From contig CAZECW010000004.1 in NCBI GenBank assembly GCA_964510585.1, positions 3,606-67,605 of the forward strand: a stretch of 64,000 nt of DNA. Reading direction: 5' to 3'. The notes under the pieces were generated by a model. The model was not told where the DNA came from and did not search any database. It saw nothing but the letters and a program-made list of their open reading frames with translations. This stretch comes from an uncultured archaeon. GTDB taxonomy: Archaea; Asgardarchaeota; Jordiarchaeia; Jordiarchaeales; Jordiarchaeaceae. A program made the translations under genes and the position numbers. The first letter of the stretch is position 1; each line of letters starts with the position of its first letter. Shown here piece by piece: positions 59,849 through 64,000 of the stretch.

Positions 59849-61570
59849 ATGACACAACCAAAACAAAAATGGAAAAAAGAATTCGACAGCATTGTTGTGT
59901 GTTGTTTTGTTGGCGACGTTGACGGAGACGGAAAAAACGAAATAATAACAGGAAACAAGGACGGAACACTTATGGTCTTAAGCGGAGAAGGAGAACAAAA
60001 ATGGAAAAAAAAATTCGACGACAGTGTTTTGTGCTGTTTTGTTGGCGACGTTGACGGAGACGGAAAAAACGAAATAATAACAGGAAGCGAGGACAGTACA
60101 CTTAGGGTCTTCAGCGGAGAAGGAGAAAAAAAATGGAAAAAAGTATTCGGCGGCAGTGTTGTGTGCTGTTTTGTTGGTGATGTTGACGGAGACGGAAAAA
60201 ACGAAGTAGTAGCAGGAAGCGGGGACAGGACACTTAGGGTCTTCAGCGGAGAAGGAGAACAAAAATGGGAAAAAGTATTCTTGGACGTTGTTGAGTGTTG
60301 TTCTGTTGGCGACGTTGACGGAGACGGAAAAAACGAAATAATAATATATGGCGGGGACGGAAGACTTAGGGTTTTCAGCAGAGATGGAGAACAAAAATGG
60401 AAAAAAAAATTAGGCGGTGTTCGGTGTTGTTTTGTTGGCGACGTTGACGGAGACGGAAAAAACGAAATAATAACAGGAAGCGAGGACAGTACACTTAGGG
60501 TCTTCAGCGGAGATGGAGAACAAAAATGGAAAAAAGTATTCGGCGGCGAGGTCTGGTTTTGTTCTGTTGGTGATGTTGACGGAGACGGAAAAAACGAAGT
60601 AGTAGCAGGAAGCAAGGACGGAACACTTATGGTCTTAAGCGGAGATGGAGAACAAAAATGGAAAAAGGTATTCGGCGGCGAGGTCTGGTTTTGTTCTGTT
60701 GGCGACGTTGACCAAGACGGAAAAAACGAAATAATAACAGGAAACAGAGACAAGGCACTTATGGTATTAAGCGGAGATGGAGAACAAAAATGGAAAAAAG
60801 AATTCGACAGCGAGGTTTTGTGTTGTGTTGTTGGCGACGTTGACGGAGACGGAAAAAACGAAATAATAACAGGAAACAAGGACGGAAAACTTATGGTCTT
60901 AAGCGGAGAGGGAAAACTAAAATGGCAAAAAGAATTCGTGGACGATGTTCGGTTTTGTTTTGTTGGCGACGTTGACGGAGACGGAAAAAACGAAATAATA
61001 ATAGGAAACGAGGACGGAAAACTTAGGGTTTTCAGCGGAGAGGGAGAACTAAAATTGAAAAAAGTATTCTTCGACGTTGTTGAGTGTTGTTCTGTTGGCG
61101 ACGTTGACGGAGACGGAAAAAACGAAATAATAATAGGAAACAGGGATCAGACACTTAGGGTATTCAGCAGAGAAGGAGAAAAAAAATGGAAAAAAGAATT
61201 CGGCGACGTTGTTTTGTGTTGTTCTGTTGGCGACGTTGACGGAGACGGAAAAAACGAAATAATAATAGGAAACGGGAACCAACTTATGGTTTTAAGCGGA
61301 GATGGAGAACAAAAATGGGAAGAAGTATTCTACAACAGTGTTTTGTGTTGTTTTGTTGATGATGTTGACGGAGACGGAAAAAACGAAGTAGTAGCAGGAA
61401 GCGAGGATGGAACACTTATAGTCTTCAGCGGAGAGGGAAAACTAAAATGGCAAAAAGAATTCGGCGGCGAGGTTCGGTGTTGTTTTGTTGGTGATGCTGA
61501 CGGAGACGGAAAAAACGAGGTGGTAGCAGGAAGCAGTTTCGGGACGCTTGAGGTTTTTGTTTTTCCCTAG
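59849..61570 (+). CDS. FG-GAP/integrin-alpha-like beta-propeller repeat protein with 13 tandem repeats of about 42 aa and no signal peptide.
   Basis: Repeat consensus VxCCFVGDVDGDGKNEIITGxxDGTLxVxSGEGEQKWKKxF, with a DxDxDG Ca-binding-like loop. The start is taken at the internal ATG (MTQPKQKW). Confidence 0.7.
   Translation: MTQPKQKWKKEFDSIVVCCFVGDVDGDGKNEIITGNKDGTLMVLSGEGEQKWKKKFDDSVLCCFVGDVDGDGKNEIITGSEDSTLRVFSGEGEKKWKKVFGGSVVCCFVGDVDGDGKNEVVAGSGDRTLRVFSGEGEQKWEKVFLDVVECCSVGDVDGDGKNEIIIYGGDGRLRVFSRDGEQKWKKKLGGVRCCFVGDVDGDGKNEIITGSEDSTLRVFSGDGEQKWKKVFGGEVWFCSVGDVDGDGKNEVVAGSKDGTLMVLSGDGEQKWKKVFGGEVWFCSVGDVDQDGKNEIITGNRDKALMVLSGDGEQKWKKEFDSEVLCCVVGDVDGDGKNEIITGNKDGKLMVLSGEGKLKWQKEFVDDVRFCFVGDVDGDGKNEIIIGNEDGKLRVFSGEGELKLKKVFFDVVECCSVGDVDGDGKNEIIIGNRDQTLRVFSREGEKKWKKEFGDVVLCCSVGDVDGDGKNEIIIGNGNQLMVLSGDGEQKWEEVFYNSVLCCFVDDVDGDGKNEVVAGSEDGTLIVFSGEGKLKWQKEFGGEVRCCFVGDADGDGKNEVVAGSSFGTLEVFVFP
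59880..61540 (+). repeat. Intragenic tandem DNA repeats of about 126 bp, 13 copies, highly similar at the nucleotide level.
   Basis: The same stretch gttggcgacgttgacggagacggaaaaaacgaaataataacaggaa recurs many times. Confidence 0.85.
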
Positions 61571-62335
61571 GTTTAATCTCGCGTTCTTTTTTCTCTTCCC
61601 ATGGGGGTAAACTCCATCCCTACATAGGTCTGGGATTCGAGGTGGCGGGGCTTTTATCCCTGCTGCCCCAGGTGGACCAGTTTTACCACGAGCGCATCTG
61701 GCCCGCGGCAAAATTCGCCCTGGGAGCCTCATGGGTGCAGAAGCAATAATACAAAGCGCAATAGTTAACACCATAGTGATAAACGGCTTAAGCGCAGTGG
61801 AGAACGCCTGGGAGAACCAGGTGTTTGGAGACCCCTGGTACCAGGACGCCAAAATAGACTTCACACCTCTGCTGGAATTTCTGCCCCCGGACACCTGGAG
61901 CCTGCAGGACTACCTAGACAGCTGGACAACAAAATACATATACGGAATGTGGTGGTTCTAAAAGTTATACTTCACTCATGGGTGGGTGTTTGAGTTTTTG
62001 GTGGATGGGGTTACGTAACTGTTGCATGAAACCAGGTATTTCTGTAGCGTATACGGTCTTCCAAAAAAAAGGGGGACAGGGAATATTGGCTCTGACAATC
62101 ACCCGGACGTGTGGCACACACAGGAGCCGAATGGGTGAACAGGCCCCTCCCTAAGAATGTGGGGAGAGGGCTGGAGGAAACGGTGAAGCCCTTTACCCAA
62201 TGGAACCATGTTCCCCCCCAGATGCGGGCGGATGCAGTCCTTTGTGCGGAGAGGCAGGCTGTACCCTGAGATGAAGCTGGGGATGAAGCCCGAAGATGCT
62301 GTTGAAAAACTTCTCTGTTTTGTAGGAGGGGTAGT

Positions 62336-63313
62336 TTAGGTTGAGGGGCGAAGGGTTGGTGTTCGGGAATGTGCAAGGGATGTTCTCCCTGTCTGTTTGA
62401 GTTTTAGTCCTGCAGCTACCCTTCTCTTTATGTTTATGGCGGTGGCTGTGTGAAGCTGTTGGGCTTCCACCTTGCTTAGACCACGATATCGCGCCTTTCC
62501 CGCTCCATGTCTCTTTGCCTCGGAGATTGTTCCCTCAACTGGGCAGCGCCGCTTAAGCTTCTTCTGGTACTTTACGCTCTTCTCCTTCTTCCGGTACTTG
62601 TCTATTATGGGGGACAGCATCACCTGGATCTCAAGGCTTCTTCCCTCTTTGGATTTTGTGCACAAGCCGTAGTTTGGGCAGTCTAGGCACTGCTTTCCGA
62701 AGTGAAAGATTAAACACTCGTCAAGCCCCTCTCCCTTCCTCTTTACTCTAATGCTTCTCTTCCCCGCAGGGCAGAAGGCAACTTCTCTCTTAACGTTCAC
62801 CTTGAAGTCCTTCCTCTGGAACCCTTCCTTCCCGCGGGTGTCAGACTTCACACGGCCCACGATTTCAACTCCTATCGTCCTGCAGAGCACTATCCCCTTA
62901 GCGCTCGTGTATCCCATGTCCGTTGTAAGTTCATTTGCATCAATCTTCTCCTTGGCGTCTTTGGCTATTTCGTACAGCGCTTCGTAGTCGGGTCTGTCGG
63001 CGGTGTTGAGCATGCAGGTAACTATGAACGGTGTCTCATTTTTCCCGGGGATGGTTTCGCAGATGTGGGCCTGGTATCCGGGGTTTATCTTCTCTCCCCT
63101 TTTTCCCACCTTGGCGTCGGGGTCGTGTGGGCTGACCATTTTCCTCTTTATCTTGTCCTTAACCTCCACCTCGCCTCCTTCCTTTAGGTCGTATACCTCA
63201 TTGAAGGCTTGCTCTAGAAGTTGGTACTCATCTAGATTTTCAAGATTGTTTTTCCGGCAGGTTTCGAGAATCCGGTGGGCGTGTTCGCCGTATTCTTTGA
63301 GCCGTTTTTTCAT
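62336..63313 (-). mobile_element. IS5/IS1182-family DDE transposase.
   Basis: HDPDAKVGKRG (the DPDAR-type motif) and C-terminal SEAKRHGAGKARYRGLSKVEAQQLHTATAINIKR, characteristic of this family. GC-rich relative to the host. Confidence 0.7.
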
Positions 63314-63423
63314 GGTCTCCCGGCTCTTGGCGAAGGGCTATGCATTACCCATAACTTTTAAGGGTGTTGGAGGGGTATCTGAGTGTGCATATAATGTTCA
63401 CAATTAAGCTTAGGTGAAAAGCG

Positions 63424-64000
63424 ATGTTACCATGGGTTGAACAAGAGCTTCAAGGCGTAGATCTGGGCGATGCCCGTTTAAACAGCCGCCTGATGAAGCT
63501 GGTTAATGATTTTGCCACCAATCCGAATGCCAGCATCCCTCAAGCCTGCGGAGAATGGAGCGCCACAAAGGCCGCCTACCGTTTTTTCGACTCAGAACGG
63601 ATCAAACCAGAGGATATCCGCGCCGCTCACATCCAAAGCACCATCCAACGAGTGAAGAAACATGAAACCATCCTCCTTGTACAGGACACCACCAACCTAG
63701 ATTTCACCCACCATCCCCACACCAAAAACATAGGATACCTCGACAATGTCTTCCAGAAAGGGTTAAAGGTCCACTCCACCATAGCAGTAACACCAGATGG
63801 AGTCCCCCTAGGACTAATCTGCCAAGAGGTTTGGGTCCGCGACCCCCCAGAACCTGGGGAAGAGACACCAGAGAGACAAACGCGACACCAAAGACAAGGA
63901 AAGCCAGCGCTGGCTAACAGCTCTGCAAAACAGTCAGGACGCTGTGCCAGAGGAGGTTCACATAATCATCGTGGCCGACAGGGAGGCAGACATCTACGAC
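63424..64000 (+). mobile_element. IS4-family (Tn5-like) transposase, running off the window end, with an apparent frameshift near 63885.
   Basis: Frame 1 gives MLPWVEQELQG…LGDARLNSRLMKL…ACGEWSATKAAYRFF…LLVQDTTNLDF…GLKVHSTIAVTPDGVPLGLICQEVWVRD. The continuation KESQRWLTALQ…VHIIIVADREADIYD is in a different frame. Confidence 0.7.

Noticed and set aside
59758-60879. 373-aa antisense ORF inside the FG-GAP repeat gene.
   Set aside because: A repetitive frame without stops, generated by the tandem repeats. The sense frame has a coherent propeller repeat, while the antisense product is low-complexity S/P/T/F-rich.
59880-61540. Regular 126-bp direct repeats that might be mistaken for a CRISPR array.
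   Set aside because: The repeats are contiguous coding units with no unique spacers, and they translate into a conserved protein repeat.
61731-61961. 76-aa ORF in the GC-rich island between the propeller gene and the transposase.
   Set aside because: No recognisable domain, and a plausible but unsupported start. It could be an IS-associated small ORF but the evidence is insufficient.

Overview
This window looks like an archaeal chromosome segment of about 40% GC. It is dense with housekeeping genes: metG, pheS/pheT, an interrupted tyrS, purA, two PRPP synthetases, an interrupted adenosylhomocysteinase, map, RNase Z, archaeal DnaG, aIF-1A, aIF-2beta, and a Rio1–KH–Nmd3 ribosome-biogenesis cluster. 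A protein at 421–1155 matches the eukaryotic ESCRT-II subunit Vps22/EAP30 closely, which among archaea points to the Asgard lineage. The central third is metabolic: an MTA/ribose-phosphate salvage-like set (MtnP, two MtnA/e2b2-like isomerases, two PfkB kinases, an APH-fold kinase), amidohydrolases, an M20 peptidase and a PaaK-like ligase. The 3' end (61.6–64 kb) is a GC-richer mobile island carrying an IS5/IS1182-like transposase and a frameshifted Tn5-like IS4 transposase.

The most unusual signal is that three otherwise well-conserved genes (ahcY, tyrS and a PflX-like radical SAM gene) are each interrupted exactly at a conserved motif by a short, stop-codon-containing insertion of 30, 30 and about 13 nt. 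The two 30-nt insertions are bracketed by 7-bp inverted repeats, so the insert can fold as a hairpin. After each insertion the ORF resumes, in the original frame for the two 30-nt cases and shifted by +1 for the third. That pattern fits a recoding or removal element (mini-intron or translational-bypass-like) better than random gene decay. I cannot rule out assembly error or pseudogenes from sequence alone.

Other notable items: a 620-aa cytoplasmic FG-GAP-like beta-propeller built from 13 near-identical 126-bp tandem repeats; an A/C-only, stop-codon-free tract of about 1 kb enclosing a GC-rich island with a strong stem; two candidate structured ncRNAs of about 200 nt with perfect terminal helices; a 1000-aa surface protein with about 55 N-glycosylation sequons; and strand-specific G/T-rich versus A/C-rich compositional patches, including a codon-usage switch inside nmd3.
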